Source of the DNA: Alphaproteobacteria bacterium
Lineage (GTDB): Bacteria > Pseudomonadota > Alphaproteobacteria > CALKHQ01
Assembly: GCA_965227515.1 (NCBI GenBank)
Contig: CBDDFZ010000001.1
Coordinates: forward strand, 1,760,001 to 1,824,000
DNA: 64,000 nt
Reading direction: 5' to 3'
The notes under the pieces were generated by a model. That model was given only the letters and a program-made list of their open reading frames with translations. It searched no databases and was not told the DNA's origin. How positions within the stretch are numbered: position 1 is the stretch's first letter; each line of letters starts with the position of its first letter. Shown here piece by piece: positions 43,201-52,624 of the stretch. The translations under genes and the position numbers were made by a program.

Positions 43201-45176
43201 AACGCCACTTCCGCGAGATCGGCCACGATACCCAGACCCAGGACTTCACCGTCGTCGGCGTCGGCGACATGTCGGGCGATGTGTTCGGCAACGGCATGCT
43301 GCTGTCGGAGCACATCCGGCTGGTGGCCGCGTTCAACCACCTGCACATCTTCGTCGACCCCGATCCGGATGCGGCAGCGAGCTTCAAGGAGCGGGCGCGC
43401 CTGTTCGAACTGCCGCGGTCGAGCTGGTCCGACTACGACGAATCACTGTTGTCGACGGGCGGCAAGATCTTCGACCGCTCGCACAAGTCGCTGACCCTGA
43501 CTCCCGAGATCCGCGCCTGCCTGGACATCGCCGAGGAAACGGTGACGCCGTTCGCGCTGATGCGCGCGATCCTGAAGGCGCAGGTCGACCTGCTGTGGTT
43601 CGGCGGCATCGGCACCTACGTGAAGGCGAAGGAGGAGAGCCACGCCGACGCCGGCGACAAGGCCAACGACGCCATCCGCATCAATGCCGGCGATCTTAGG
43701 TGCAAGGTGATCGGCGAGGGCGCCAATCTGGGCGTCACCCAGCGCGCGCGCATCGCCTTCGGCGAGCGGGGCGGGCGGCTCAACACAGACGCCATCGACA
43801 ATTCGGCCGGCGTCGACTGTTCCGACCACGAGGTCAACATCAAGATCCTGCTGTCGCACATCCTGTCCGGCGGCGACATGACCCTGAAGCAGCGCGACAC
43901 CCTGTTGGTGGAGATGACCGACGAGGTCGCCGACCTGGTGCTGCAGGACAACTACCTGCAGACCCAGGCGATCAGCGTCGCCCGTCACGACGGCATGGAC
44001 GGGCTGGACGCCCAGGTGATGCTGATGCGCGACCTGGAACGCTCCAGCCTGCTCAATCGCGAGATCGAGTTCCTGCCCAATGACGAGATGCTGGAGGAGC
44101 GGCGGGCGGACGGGGTCGGGCTGACCCGGCCCGAGCTCGCGGTGCTGCTGGCCTATGCCAAGATCGACCTCTATGACGACCTGATCGCGTCCGACCTGCC
44201 CGACGACGACGGCCTGGTCGCGGACCTGTTCCGCTATTTCCCGCGGCCGCTGCGCAAGCGGTTCCCGGACCAGCTCACCAGCCACGCCCTGAAGCGCGAG
44301 ATCATCGCCACCTTCGTCACCAACTCGGTGATCAACCGCGCCGGCATCACCTTCATCAACGACCTGAAGAGCCGCTATGGCTGCAACGCGCCGGATGCCA
44401 CCCGCGCCTATGCCATCACGCGCGAGGTGTATGGCCTGCGCGAACTCTGGGCGGACATCGCCGCCCTGGACAACCAGGTGCCGGCGGACAGCCAGCTCGA
44501 GATGCTGTCGACCCTGAACCAGGTGGTGGCGCGCGCGACCGGCTGGTTCCTGGTCAATGCCGAGCGGCCGCTGGAGATCGCTGCCCACGCCGCACGCTAC
44601 CAGCCGGGCGTGGAAGCGATCAGCGCGGCATTGCTGGACGTGCTGCCGGAGGAGGACGCTTCCGCGCTGGAGCGGGCGACGCTCGGCTATACCGGGCAGG
44701 GGGTAGGCGAGGGGCTGGCGCGCCGCATCGCCGCGCTGGGCTGGCTCAGCCATGGCATCGATATCGTGCGCATCGCCGCGCGCACCGCCGCCGGTGCGGA
44801 TGAAGAGGGGAACGACGCGGGGCCGGACGTGATCGATGTCGCCGCGACCTACTTCGCGGTCGGCCAGCGCTTCGGGTTTGCCGACCTGCGCCGGGCCGCG
44901 GAGGACCTGCCCATCGATTCAAGCTGGGAGCGGCGGGCCGCCGGTGCTGTGATCGACGACCTGGACGTCATGCAGTCGGCGCTGACCGGGGCCGTGGTGG
45001 CCGGCAGCGACGACAAGGGCATGGCGGCGATCGAGGCGTGGACCGACGGCCACGATGTCGCGGTGGCGCGCTGGGACAGCCTGATCGCGGAAGTGCGCAG
45101 CGCCAAGACGCCGGTCGACCTCTCCATGCTCACCGTCGCCCGCCGGCACTTGGGCGCGCTGTTGGAAGCGGCATAG
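40299..45176 (+). CDS. gdhB: Large NAD-specific glutamate dehydrogenase
   Basis: HLRGGKVARGGIRWSDR, YLVVAADKGTATFSD and GVGDMSGDVFGNGML; 1625 aa. Confidence 0.95.
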   Translation: MSRSSYQRKLNVIDRLTARLGDAPTASPAAYCRSFYEHVPPDDVCERQDDELLAAVTAMYRLAQGRTGHEPLVRVFNPDVEQHGWQSPHTIIQIVNDDMPFLVDSITAELNRRGLAVHLVIHPIVRVVRDDSGTIQTITPAGDGEGEGRVESHMHVEIDELQDPAEMAAVQDAVVAVIQDVRAAVEDWPTMTAKVDEVIASLRDNPPPAEAGDVEEAVAFLQWLCADNFTFLGYRDYDYEGTGENRSMEVVEGSGLGIIRNPDTRLFGRRREMETLPEDVRHFMLAPSLLQVTKANRRSTVHRGVHLDTISLKRFDSAGNVDGEQMFAGLFTSSSYLQRVQQVPMLRAKVRDTLKRSELPPRSHARKALEHILETFPRDELYQIEVDDLERIARGILDLQERQRTALFMREDPFERFVSAFVFCPRERYNTELRHRFGDLLAKALNGRVSAFFPLVNADAPLARVHFIIGTEPGNIPEVDFEDLENQIIDAARDWSDMLRDQLVASLGEERGLTLHRSYSDGLPAGYRERVSPAAAVFDLERVESARSSVSLQLNLYRPIDMPAHAVRLKVYHADRPIPLSDVLPMLEHMGLKVMTEEPYRIQPRDDRAVHIHDFSAEQRGREPIDLETVKARFEDAFVQVWDEQVEDDGFNALVLLAGLSCRDVVVLRALAKYLRQAGIQFSQDYLEQTLARHPWLVNRLVAYFQAKFDPDFGGDRNAALKDLETELEHGLKDVDSLDEDVMLRRFLNLMQAALRTNYFQPDAEGAAKSYVAFKFESAKVDGLPLPRPLYEVFVYAPSVEAVHLRGGKVARGGIRWSDRREDFRTEVLGLMKAQMVKNAVIVPVGSKGGFVVKRPPAPTGDPAADRQAQRDAGIECYKTFMGGLLDITDNLVDGQVVPPNSVVRHDDDDPYLVVAADKGTATFSDIANGVSLDYGFWLGDAFASGGSAGYDHKKMGITARGGWESVKRHFREIGHDTQTQDFTVVGVGDMSGDVFGNGMLLSEHIRLVAAFNHLHIFVDPDPDAAASFKERARLFELPRSSWSDYDESLLSTGGKIFDRSHKSLTLTPEIRACLDIAEETVTPFALMRAILKAQVDLLWFGGIGTYVKAKEESHADAGDKANDAIRINAGDLRCKVIGEGANLGVTQRARIAFGERGGRLNTDAIDNSAGVDCSDHEVNIKILLSHILSGGDMTLKQRDTLLVEMTDEVADLVLQDNYLQTQAISVARHDGMDGLDAQVMLMRDLERSSLLNREIEFLPNDEMLEERRADGVGLTRPELAVLLAYAKIDLYDDLIASDLPDDDGLVADLFRYFPRPLRKRFPDQLTSHALKREIIATFVTNSVINRAGITFINDLKSRYGCNAPDATRAYAITREVYGLRELWADIAALDNQVPADSQLEMLSTLNQVVARATGWFLVNAERPLEIAAHAARYQPGVEAISAALLDVLPEEDASALERATLGYTGQGVGEGLARRIAALGWLSHGIDIVRIAARTAAGADEEGNDAGPDVIDVAATYFAVGQRFGFADLRRAAEDLPIDSSWERRAAGAVIDDLDVMQSALTGAVVAGSDDKGMAAIEAWTDGHDVAVARWDSLIAEVRSAKTPVDLSMLTVARRHLGALLEAA

Positions 45177-45190
45177 CGTGGCTCGCCTAT

Positions 45191-45281
45191 CGTAGCCCGG
45201 GTGGCGTGAAACGAAACCCGGGGACTTCGTGCCGGCCAGCGGGATGATTCCCGGGTTTCGCTCCGCTCCACCCAGGCTACG
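45191..45281. repeat. GTAG-type REP doublet
   Basis: CGTAGCCCGGGTGG...CCCGGG...CCCGGG...CCACCCAGGCTACG. Confidence 0.8.
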
Positions 45282-45300
45282 TGATTGCAGCCTCCTCAGC

Positions 45301-45412
45301 CGTCATTGCGAGGAGCACGGCCCACTTGGGGGCAGTGCGACGCGGCAATCCAGAGCAACATATCTGCCTTCACGGCAACCGCCTGGATTGCTTCGCTGCG
45401 CTCGCAATGACG
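45301..45412. repeat. CGTC-type REP doublet
   Basis: CGTCATTGCGAGGAGC...CTCGCAATGACG, homologous to 25984-26109. Confidence 0.85.
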
Positions 45413-45429
45413 CCGGTGGGGAAAGTACG

Positions 45430-47169
45430 TCAGAACGGCTCCGGCGGCGGGGCGGGCAGGTCGCGGCGCTCGACGTGCCAGCTCACCATCGGCGTCGTGC
45501 CGAACAGCAGCAGCGAGATGTCGGCGGTGTCGCCGGCGCAGTCGTAGCGGAAACGAAAACCGTCGCCGTCCAAATATGAGGGATCGTACGGCACCGGCAG
45601 CGGCCCGTTGGTCTCGGTCACGCCGCCAATGGTGATCTGGTTGACCATGGAGCCCAGATAGGCGTCGGTACACATGATCAGGTGCTGGTCGTCGACCACC
45701 GACCAGCGGCCGATGGTGTCGGACACGATGATCACGCGCTGGTGCATGGTGTAGCCGTCGCCCATGTCGTGCTCGATCTCCGACTGCGCATCGGTGACCG
45801 CCATGACGAACGTGCCGTCCGGCCACAGGATGGCGTAGTTGTCGCCCATGTTCTGGTAGGTCCATTCCGAGCGGGAGCCGATGGCGGCCGCCACCTGGTT
45901 GTAGGTGTCGGGCAGGTCGGTCGACAGCGCGGTCCAGGCGCCGATCATGCAGTGGTCGCGCGGGACAGGCCGATCGCACGGCTCGCCGCAGGGGTCGCGC
46001 TCGCCGGAGATGTCGGCCATCACCACCGACAGCCCTTCGCGCATGCCAATGGTCGTCATGACCAGGGCTTCGCTTTCCGTGCATTCGACCGTATGCGTGA
46101 ACCCACTGGCGGTGCCCGCCGTGTTGTTGATGCGGAACCAGGTCCCGGTTTCCTGCTCCAGGAAGCTGGTGAGCGGTGACGTCCCGGACAGGTCGATCTG
46201 CCATTCGCCTGGTTCAAGCGCCATGACCAGACGCGGTATCGCCAGCGGCGACCACCCCTCGACCGCGATCCGTTGGCCGTCGCCCACAGCCTGGACCGGG
46301 CCGAGCGACGGGCTCGGCCGCGCCGGGCGGCCATCGGGATAGGTCAAGTCGCCGCCCAGAAAGGTCTCGACGAAGTCGTGCCAGGTGCCGGCCGGCAGCA
46401 TGTCGGCCACCGCACGGGCGTCCATCAGCGCTGCCTCGCCCTCGGCGGCCATCGCGAACGGAAAGGTCTCGCCCAGCGCCTGTCCGGCCCACATGAAGAA
46501 GGCCACCGTCTCGTAGCACATCTCGGTCAGGCCGGTGTCGTGCGAGCGCGCGTCGAAAGCGGCAACGTAGTAGGCGGAGAAGTCGCGGCCCGGAACGACG
46601 AGATTGGCGAACCATTCCGCCGTGCCCTCGCCCCACCAGCCGGTCCGGCTGTCTCTCACCCGCGGATAGACCAGCTCTTGCCCGGCGTGGGCAACCTCGT
46701 GCGCGACGACATAGTTCAGGTAATTGTCGGTGGGCCAGACCTCCGCGAATATGACCATGGTGCAGTCGTTGAACTCGCACCAGGTCCACGCCTCTGTCGG
46801 GCCGCCACCGCCGCTGCCGACCGGGCCGGGAACGTTCGAGATCTGGATCGAAAGCGAGCTGGGCCGGTCGTTGGTCAGGCCGGTGCGGCGGAAGGTCCGG
46901 TCGATGTCGCCCAGCATGCCTTGGATGAAGTCGGCCGCGTGGCGCCCCTCGGCGGTGGGCGGGGCGTAGACGGTGACCTCGGCAGACAGGCTCGCCAGCG
47001 TGCCGATCGACCGGCCGACCAACTCACCCGAACGATACTCCGCATTGGCCGCGACATTGGCCGCGTCCGCGGCGGGATCCGCACCCTCCGTCGTGTAACA
47101 GGCCAGCGCGTTGGTCATTGGCAACAGCGCCGTGCCGGCGAGGGCGAGAATGTGAGCCAGTCGGGTCAT
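45430..47169 (-). CDS. Secreted Cys-rich zincin-like metallopeptidase
   Basis: Signal peptide; VVAHEVAH followed by WWGEGTAEW (HExxH plus E). Confidence 0.7.
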   Translation of the reverse strand: MTRLAHILALAGTALLPMTNALACYTTEGADPAADAANVAANAEYRSGELVGRSIGTLASLSAEVTVYAPPTAEGRHAADFIQGMLGDIDRTFRRTGLTNDRPSSLSIQISNVPGPVGSGGGGPTEAWTWCEFNDCTMVIFAEVWPTDNYLNYVVAHEVAHAGQELVYPRVRDSRTGWWGEGTAEWFANLVVPGRDFSAYYVAAFDARSHDTGLTEMCYETVAFFMWAGQALGETFPFAMAAEGEAALMDARAVADMLPAGTWHDFVETFLGGDLTYPDGRPARPSPSLGPVQAVGDGQRIAVEGWSPLAIPRLVMALEPGEWQIDLSGTSPLTSFLEQETGTWFRINNTAGTASGFTHTVECTESEALVMTTIGMREGLSVVMADISGERDPCGEPCDRPVPRDHCMIGAWTALSTDLPDTYNQVAAAIGSRSEWTYQNMGDNYAILWPDGTFVMAVTDAQSEIEHDMGDGYTMHQRVIIVSDTIGRWSVVDDQHLIMCTDAYLGSMVNQITIGGVTETNGPLPVPYDPSYLDGDGFRFRYDCAGDTADISLLLFGTTPMVSWHVERRDLPAPPPEPF

Positions 47170-47343
47170 GGCATACCTCCGTCAGACGCATGCGATCAGA
47201 CGCACACGATACGTAGCATGCCCCTCCCGGCACCTTCACGACTATTGGTGATATGTGGCGATCTCAAGACGACGGTTGCGCGAGAACGGGTGCGCGGAGC
47301 GCGTCGGGCATTGAATGGCCGCCGCGCCCCGCCGCACCTGCGA

Positions 47344-47916
47344 TCACATCCGCTCCACGGTCACCGTGACGGGCAGAGAGTTGGACACGATGTCGTAGAC
47401 CGGAGAAAACTCGGCCAGCGACCGCAGCACATCCGTATCGGCGTCGCTGCGCACCCGCATCTTCACCTGCACGGTGCTGAAGCCCTTCCGCACCTTTGGG
47501 TCGAGCCCCAGGAAGCCGTGCAGGTCCAGGTCGCCGGCAAGCTCGGTGCGCACGTCGTCGATCCGGATGCCACGGGCGGCGGCGTGGTAGACCATCGTGG
47601 TCGTCAGGCAGCCGGCGAGCGCATGCAGCACGTACTCCACCGGGTTCGCGGCGGCGCCCTCCCCGAGCAGCACCGGCGGCTCGGCATTGTCCATCAGGAA
47701 CGGGCCGTTGGCGTGGGTCTGGTCTTCGCAGGCACCGTAGAAGCCGGCGACGGTCGTGCGGTTATGGTCCCCGCCCAGCCATTTGTTCGAGGCGCGGAAG
47801 GTGAAGGCGGCGATGGCGGGATTGGCCTTCACCGCGCCAATGGTTGCGAACAGCGCGTCGACATCGACGCCGTTGGTGACGGTGGCTGTGGTTGCCTCGG
47901 CGGTTTGAACACTCAT
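47344..47916 (-). CDS. OsmC/Ohr-like protein
   Basis: EPPVLLG, NPVEYVLHALAGCL and GDLDLHGFLG. Confidence 0.85.
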   Translation of the reverse strand: MSVQTAEATTATVTNGVDVDALFATIGAVKANPAIAAFTFRASNKWLGGDHNRTTVAGFYGACEDQTHANGPFLMDNAEPPVLLGEGAAANPVEYVLHALAGCLTTTMVYHAAARGIRIDDVRTELAGDLDLHGFLGLDPKVRKGFSTVQVKMRVRSDADTDVLRSLAEFSPVYDIVSNSLPVTVTVERM

Positions 47917-48057
47917 GACGTAATCCTTTCCCTGTGGAGTGTTGCCACACGACCTTGAGTGGCCGTGCTGTGGGAAAGGTAGGGGCCGTGCCTTTTGCGC
48001 GTGAGGAAGGTTTCTGCCAAAAAAGACTCGTTCGTGCCACAAACCGGAACACACGCC

Positions 48058-49098
48058 ATGGACCAGACACCACCCGCGGCGAAAGAGGCTCACATCGTCG
48101 CCGTGCCGGAGACGGCGGGGTCGGCATTGTACGGCATGATCGACGTGCTGGCCTCGGCGGGCAATCTCTGGCAGCAGCTCGTCGGCACCGAGCCCGACCT
48201 GAAGCTGATCCAGCCGCGCATCGTGTCGCCGATGGCCGGGCCGTTTGTCTGCGGCAACGGCATTCCGGTCCATCCCGAGCTGACGACGGCCCAGGCGGCT
48301 GGGGCGCCGATCGTGATACTGCCCGAGCTGTGGCTCGCCCCCGACGAGGACCTGCGCGGCAGGTACCCGGAGCTGATGGCATGGGTGCGCGACCGCTATC
48401 GCGACGGTGCGTCGATCTACTCGGCGTGCTCGGGCGCCATCATGCTGGCGGAGACCGGCTTGCTGGACGGGCGCGAGGCCACGTCGCACTGGGGCTACCA
48501 GCACCTGTTCCGCAACAGCTATCCCCAGGTGCGCTTTCAGCCGGAACCGAACCTGTGCTTTGCCGATCCCACCGGGCGCATCGTCACCGCCGGGGGCACC
48601 AGTTCGTGGCATGACTTGGCCATCCACATCATCGCCCGCCATTGCAGCCCCGGCGAGGCATTGCGCATCGCCAAGGTCTATCTGCTGAAACTGCACGACG
48701 ACGGGCAGTTGCCATATGCCAGCCTTGTCCGCCGCACGCCGCACGCGGACTCCGTGGTGCGGTCATGCGAGTCCTGGCTGGAGGCCCACTTCCGCGAGCC
48801 GGAGCCGGTGGCGCGGGTGGTGAAGCAGGCGGGCGTGCCTGAACGCACACTCAAGCGTCGCTTCAAGGCGGCCACCGGAACGACGCTGATCGACCATGTG
48901 CAGAACCTGCGCATCGAGGAGGCGAAGCGCCTGCTGGAGACCGGCGACACGCCGCTGGAGGCGATTGCCGGCGACGTCGGCTACGAGAATCCCGGATTCT
49001 TCCGCGCGCTGTTCAAGCGACGCACCGGGCTGACCCCGGCGCGTTATCGCAAGATGTTCAGGGCCATGGGCGCCCTGGACCAGATGGCAGCAAGCTAG
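48058..49098 (+). CDS. GlxA family regulator (DJ-1/PfpI plus AraC HTH)
   Basis: SACSGAIMLAETGLLDGREATSHW; C-terminal ERTLKRRF...FKRRTGLTPARYR. Confidence 0.9.
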   Translation: MDQTPPAAKEAHIVAVPETAGSALYGMIDVLASAGNLWQQLVGTEPDLKLIQPRIVSPMAGPFVCGNGIPVHPELTTAQAAGAPIVILPELWLAPDEDLRGRYPELMAWVRDRYRDGASIYSACSGAIMLAETGLLDGREATSHWGYQHLFRNSYPQVRFQPEPNLCFADPTGRIVTAGGTSSWHDLAIHIIARHCSPGEALRIAKVYLLKLHDDGQLPYASLVRRTPHADSVVRSCESWLEAHFREPEPVARVVKQAGVPERTLKRRFKAATGTTLIDHVQNLRIEEAKRLLETGDTPLEAIAGDVGYENPGFFRALFKRRTGLTPARYRKMFRAMGALDQMAAS

Positions 49099-49556
49099 CT
49101 GCAGCAGCCCGCGCCGTCGGCGTCCTTGGCGTTGGCGGCAACCACTTCCTGCGGCACCAGGCCCTCGATGCTGGTGGTGTCCGCGCCATAGGTCGTGATC
49201 GCGCCGGTGGTGTGAAAGCACTCCCAGGCCACGCCCTGCGGGTCGGCGGTCCACGACTTGTCGGACACGGCATAGCAGCACTTCGCCTGCTCCATGTCGT
49301 TGGTGCGCACGCCGGCCGCCTTCAGCCGCCCCGCGACCTCGGCCAGTTCCTCGGCATCGCCGGTCTGGATGCCCAGATGGTCCAGGCCGGCCTTCCCGCC
49401 CTTGGTCTGGATGACGAAATTGACCCGCGGGTCCTCCAGCATCCATTTGGCGTAGTCGTGCTTCAGCACCGTGGGCTCGGCGGCGAACAGCGTGTTGTAG
49501 TAGGCGACGGACCGGTCGATGTCGCTGACATTGAGCGAGACGTGCAGGCGTTTCAT
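49095..49556 (-). CDS. ArsI/CadI family VOC metalloenzyme
   Basis: YAKWMLEDPRVNF, LDHLG, CCYA.SDK.W and C-terminal CC. Confidence 0.88.
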   Translation of the reverse strand: MKRLHVSLNVSDIDRSVAYYNTLFAAEPTVLKHDYAKWMLEDPRVNFVIQTKGGKAGLDHLGIQTGDAEELAEVAGRLKAAGVRTNDMEQAKCCYAVSDKSWTADPQGVAWECFHTTGAITTYGADTTSIEGLVPQEVVAANAKDADGAGCCS

Positions 49557-49593
49557 GGGTGTTTCTCCTAGAAGGCGATCAGGTTTTTCTGGC

Positions 49594-49706
49594 CGTCATG
49601 CCCGCACTTGTTGCGGGCATCTACGTCTTTCGGCCGACGATGCCAAGGCGTGGATACCCGGGACTCGGCCCGTTTGAATTCAAACGGGGCCGGCCCGGGC
49701 ATGACG
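49594..49706. repeat. CGTC-type REP doublet between arsR and arsI
   Basis: CGTCATGCCCGCACTTGTTGCGGGCATC...CCGGGCATGACG. Confidence 0.85.
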
Positions 49707-49775
49707 AATGAGAAGGGGGCGGGTGTTGAGCCAGAGATGGGTTTGACTGAAGGTCTGCCGGTTACTGAGGTCATC

Positions 49776-50123
49776 TCACACCTCCGCCGTTGTGCGCGGC
49801 GGGATCGGCTGCACGCGGGCGGCGGCCTGCATGGCCGGGGCGCCGCGGCAGCAATCCTCCATCAGGAACCGCAACAGCCCGCCGATGCCTTCGAAATCGA
49901 CGGCATAGCGGATGCTGCGCGCCTCTCGATGAGAGGTCAGCAGCCCGGCGCGATGAAGCTGCCCCAGATGGTGCGACATGGTCGGCGGGCTGACGCGCAA
50001 GCGCTCGGCGATCTCGCCCGCGCTCATGCCCTGCGGGCCGCAGCGGACCAGCAGCCGGAACACCGACAACCGGGTCTCCTGCGCCAGGGCGCTCAGAGCC
50101 TCGATGGCTTTTGTCATTTCCAT
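49776..50123 (-). CDS. arsR: ArsR family regulator (C-terminal CC type)
   Basis: ALAQETRLSVFRLLV and FLMEDCC. Confidence 0.85.
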   Translation of the reverse strand: MEMTKAIEALSALAQETRLSVFRLLVRCGPQGMSAGEIAERLRVSPPTMSHHLGQLHRAGLLTSHREARSIRYAVDFEGIGGLLRFLMEDCCRGAPAMQAAARVQPIPPRTTAEV

Positions 50124-50283
50124 GATTGTACAAATATCATCTATTGATGCGATGTCAAGTCCTGCGCACTCCGGTCCGCGCCTCGCGCGCGCCGAACAAG
50201 ACCAGCATCGGCTTGCAGCCACGGCTGGCAGGTGTCACCATCCGCCACGCTCCGGCACCGCCAACGCATAAGACGCCCACCCC

Positions 50284-51069
50284 ATGACCGAACCTGCCCC
50301 ATCTCGAACCACGACCCCGGCCCAGACCCAGGAATGGCGCGCCGAAGGCTATGCCCACAACGCCAGGTTCGTGGCCGATCTCGGCATGCCCGTGCTCGAG
50401 CTGCTGGCGCCACAGCCCGGCGAGCGGGTGCTCGACCTGGGGTGCGGCGACGGTGCGCTGACCGAGAAGATTGCGGCCACCGGCGCCACGGTGGTCGGGG
50501 TCGATGCCGGCCCGGACATGATCGCGGCCGCGCGAGGGCGGGGGCTGGACGCGCACGTCGTCGACGGCCACGCGCTGACCTTCGCGCACGAGTTCGACGC
50601 GGTGTTCTCCAACGCCGCGTTGCACTGGATGACCGAGCCCGATGCGGTGATTGCCGGGGTGGCACGCGCGCTGAAGCCTGGCGGCCGCTTCGTCGGTGAG
50701 TTCGGCGGCCATGGCAATGTGGCCACCATCACCGTCGCCCTGGTCGCGGCGCTGCAGCGGCGCGGCATCGACGGTCATGCCCGGCGGCCCTGGTACTTCC
50801 CGACGCCCGACGCCTATCGCGCCAAGCTGGAAGCGCACGGTTTCAGGGTCGACACGGCGGAGCTGTTTCCGCGCCCGACGCCGCTGCCCACCGATATGGA
50901 AGGGTGGCTGGCCACGTTCGGCGACAATTTCCTGCGCGGTTTGCCCTTCGATGAGCGCACGGCGGTGCGCGACGAGGCGATCGAGCTGATGCGCCCGTGC
51001 CTGTGCGACGATCAGGGACGTTGGACTGCCGACTACGTGCGCTTACGTTTCGCCGCACGGCTGGACTAA
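50284..51069 (+). CDS. Class I SAM-dependent methyltransferase
   Basis: VLDLGCGDG, FSNAALHW and WTADYVRLR. Confidence 0.9.
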   Translation: MTEPAPSRTTTPAQTQEWRAEGYAHNARFVADLGMPVLELLAPQPGERVLDLGCGDGALTEKIAATGATVVGVDAGPDMIAAARGRGLDAHVVDGHALTFAHEFDAVFSNAALHWMTEPDAVIAGVARALKPGGRFVGEFGGHGNVATITVALVAALQRRGIDGHARRPWYFPTPDAYRAKLEAHGFRVDTAELFPRPTPLPTDMEGWLATFGDNFLRGLPFDERTAVRDEAIELMRPCLCDDQGRWTADYVRLRFAARLD

Positions 51070-51095
51070 AAAATTCGAACCGACTGGGGAGGACC

Positions 51096-52103
51096 ATGAA
51101 GAAGCTGCTGAATGATCCGGACAATGCCGTTGCCGAAATGCTGGACGGCATCATCGCCGCGCATCCCAAGTACCTGGCCCGAACCGACGAAAGCGATCTG
51201 GCGGTCTACAGCCTGATCGGGCCGCGCGACGGCAAGGTCGGCATCATGGTCGGCGGCGGCTCCGGCCACGAGCCGGCGTTCCTGGGCTATGTCGGCAAGG
51301 GCATGGCCGATGCCGCGGCCATCGGGGCCGTGTTCACCTCGCCGACGCCCGATACGGCGGTGGCCTGCGCCAACGCCATCCATCGCGGCGCCGGGGTGCT
51401 CTACATGTACGGCAACTACGCCGGCGACGTGATGAACTTCGACATGGCCGCCGAGATGTGCGCCATGAACGACATCCGGGTCGAGACCGTGCTGACCACC
51501 GACGACGTGGCTTCGGCCCCGGCGGCGGAGAAGGAGCGCCGGCGCGGCGTGGGCGGCGGGTTCTTCGCCTTCAAGATCGCCGGTGCGGCGGCCGACATGG
51601 GGCTGGACCTGGATGGCGTGGTCCGCGCCGCCAACAAGGCGAACGATTCCTGCCTGACCATGGGCGTGGCGCTGGAGCCCTGCCAATTGCCGGGTGTCGC
51701 GACCCCCAGCTTCACCCTGGGGCCGGACGAGATGGAGATCGGGCTCGGCATTCATGGCGAGCCGGGGGTGAGGCGCGGCCCGCTGCGCAGCGCCGACGAG
51801 GTGACCGACGACCTGTGCGACAACATCCTGGCCGAACTTGACCTGAAGCGCGGCGACCGGGTGGCGGTGCTGGTGAACGGGCTCGGCGGCACCAGCCGGA
51901 TGGAGCTCTACATCGTGAATCGCCGGGTGTCGAAGCGGCTGGCCGACATCGGGGTCGAGACCCATCGCAGCCACGTCGGCGAATACGTGACGTCCCTGGA
52001 AATGGGCGGCGCGTCGATCTCGATCATGAAGCTGGATGACGAACTGACCCGTTGGCTGGACCACCCGGCGGACACCCCGATGTACGTGCAGCCGCAAAGA
52101 TAG
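51096..52103 (+). CDS. dhaK: Dihydroxyacetone kinase subunit DhaK-like protein
   Basis: GGGSGHEP, NYAGDVMNF and GIHGEPG. Confidence 0.88.
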   Translation: MKKLLNDPDNAVAEMLDGIIAAHPKYLARTDESDLAVYSLIGPRDGKVGIMVGGGSGHEPAFLGYVGKGMADAAAIGAVFTSPTPDTAVACANAIHRGAGVLYMYGNYAGDVMNFDMAAEMCAMNDIRVETVLTTDDVASAPAAEKERRRGVGGGFFAFKIAGAAADMGLDLDGVVRAANKANDSCLTMGVALEPCQLPGVATPSFTLGPDEMEIGLGIHGEPGVRRGPLRSADEVTDDLCDNILAELDLKRGDRVAVLVNGLGGTSRMELYIVNRRVSKRLADIGVETHRSHVGEYVTSLEMGGASISIMKLDDELTRWLDHPADTPMYVQPQR

Positions 52104-52234
52104 CCTGCATACGCGTTCGGCCGGCCCTTCCTGCACACGACGGCGCGCGCTAAGCTGATTCTCGGTTGAGTGAGGATCTGACGCGGGCACACGTGGCATG
52201 CTGGCGGAAGACGGTCAAAACGAAGGGGGAATTC

Positions 52235-52624
52235 ATGGTCGATACATCTGCCACTGGCGGCGTTCCGCCCCAGAACATCGCCCAGGCGCGCACAATGCTG
52301 CTGGTGCTTGGCATCGTCATGGGTGTGCTGGCGGTGCTGGCCCTGATCGGCGGCGACATCATCGGGCTGCTGATCGACGGTGCGATCTCCGGCTGCACCT
52401 TCGCCTTCGGCTATGCGCCGCTGCAAAAGAACAATGTTCCCCCGGCACGTACGGTATCGCTGGTGTGCGCGATCGTGCTCGGGATCTTTGCGATCATCAC
52501 GATCATCATCCTGGCATCGGCGGGCGCGTTCGCCGGCATCTTCATCATTGCCCTGTTGATCATGCTGGCGGTGATCGGCGGCTACGCGTTCGCGTACACC
52601 CGGCTCACGCCGAAGCGGGGCTGA
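52235..52624 (+). CDS. Small 4-TM membrane protein
   Basis: GGGGG RBS; four hydrophobic segments. Confidence 0.7.
   Translation: MVDTSATGGVPPQNIAQARTMLLVLGIVMGVLAVLALIGGDIIGLLIDGAISGCTFAFGYAPLQKNNVPPARTVSLVCAIVLGIFAIITIIILASAGAFAGIFIIALLIMLAVIGGYAFAYTRLTPKRG

Noticed and set aside
40149-43346. Long antisense ORFs (also 6790-8580, 22224-24854, 53614-56358 and others)
   Set aside because: Typical stop-poor shadow frames opposite genuine high-GC genes.
48015-48040. sigma54 promoter (TGGCACG on the minus strand) for the OsmC-like gene
   Set aside because: No GC at the -12 position; the paired TGGCA repeats more likely bind the adjacent AraC-type regulator.
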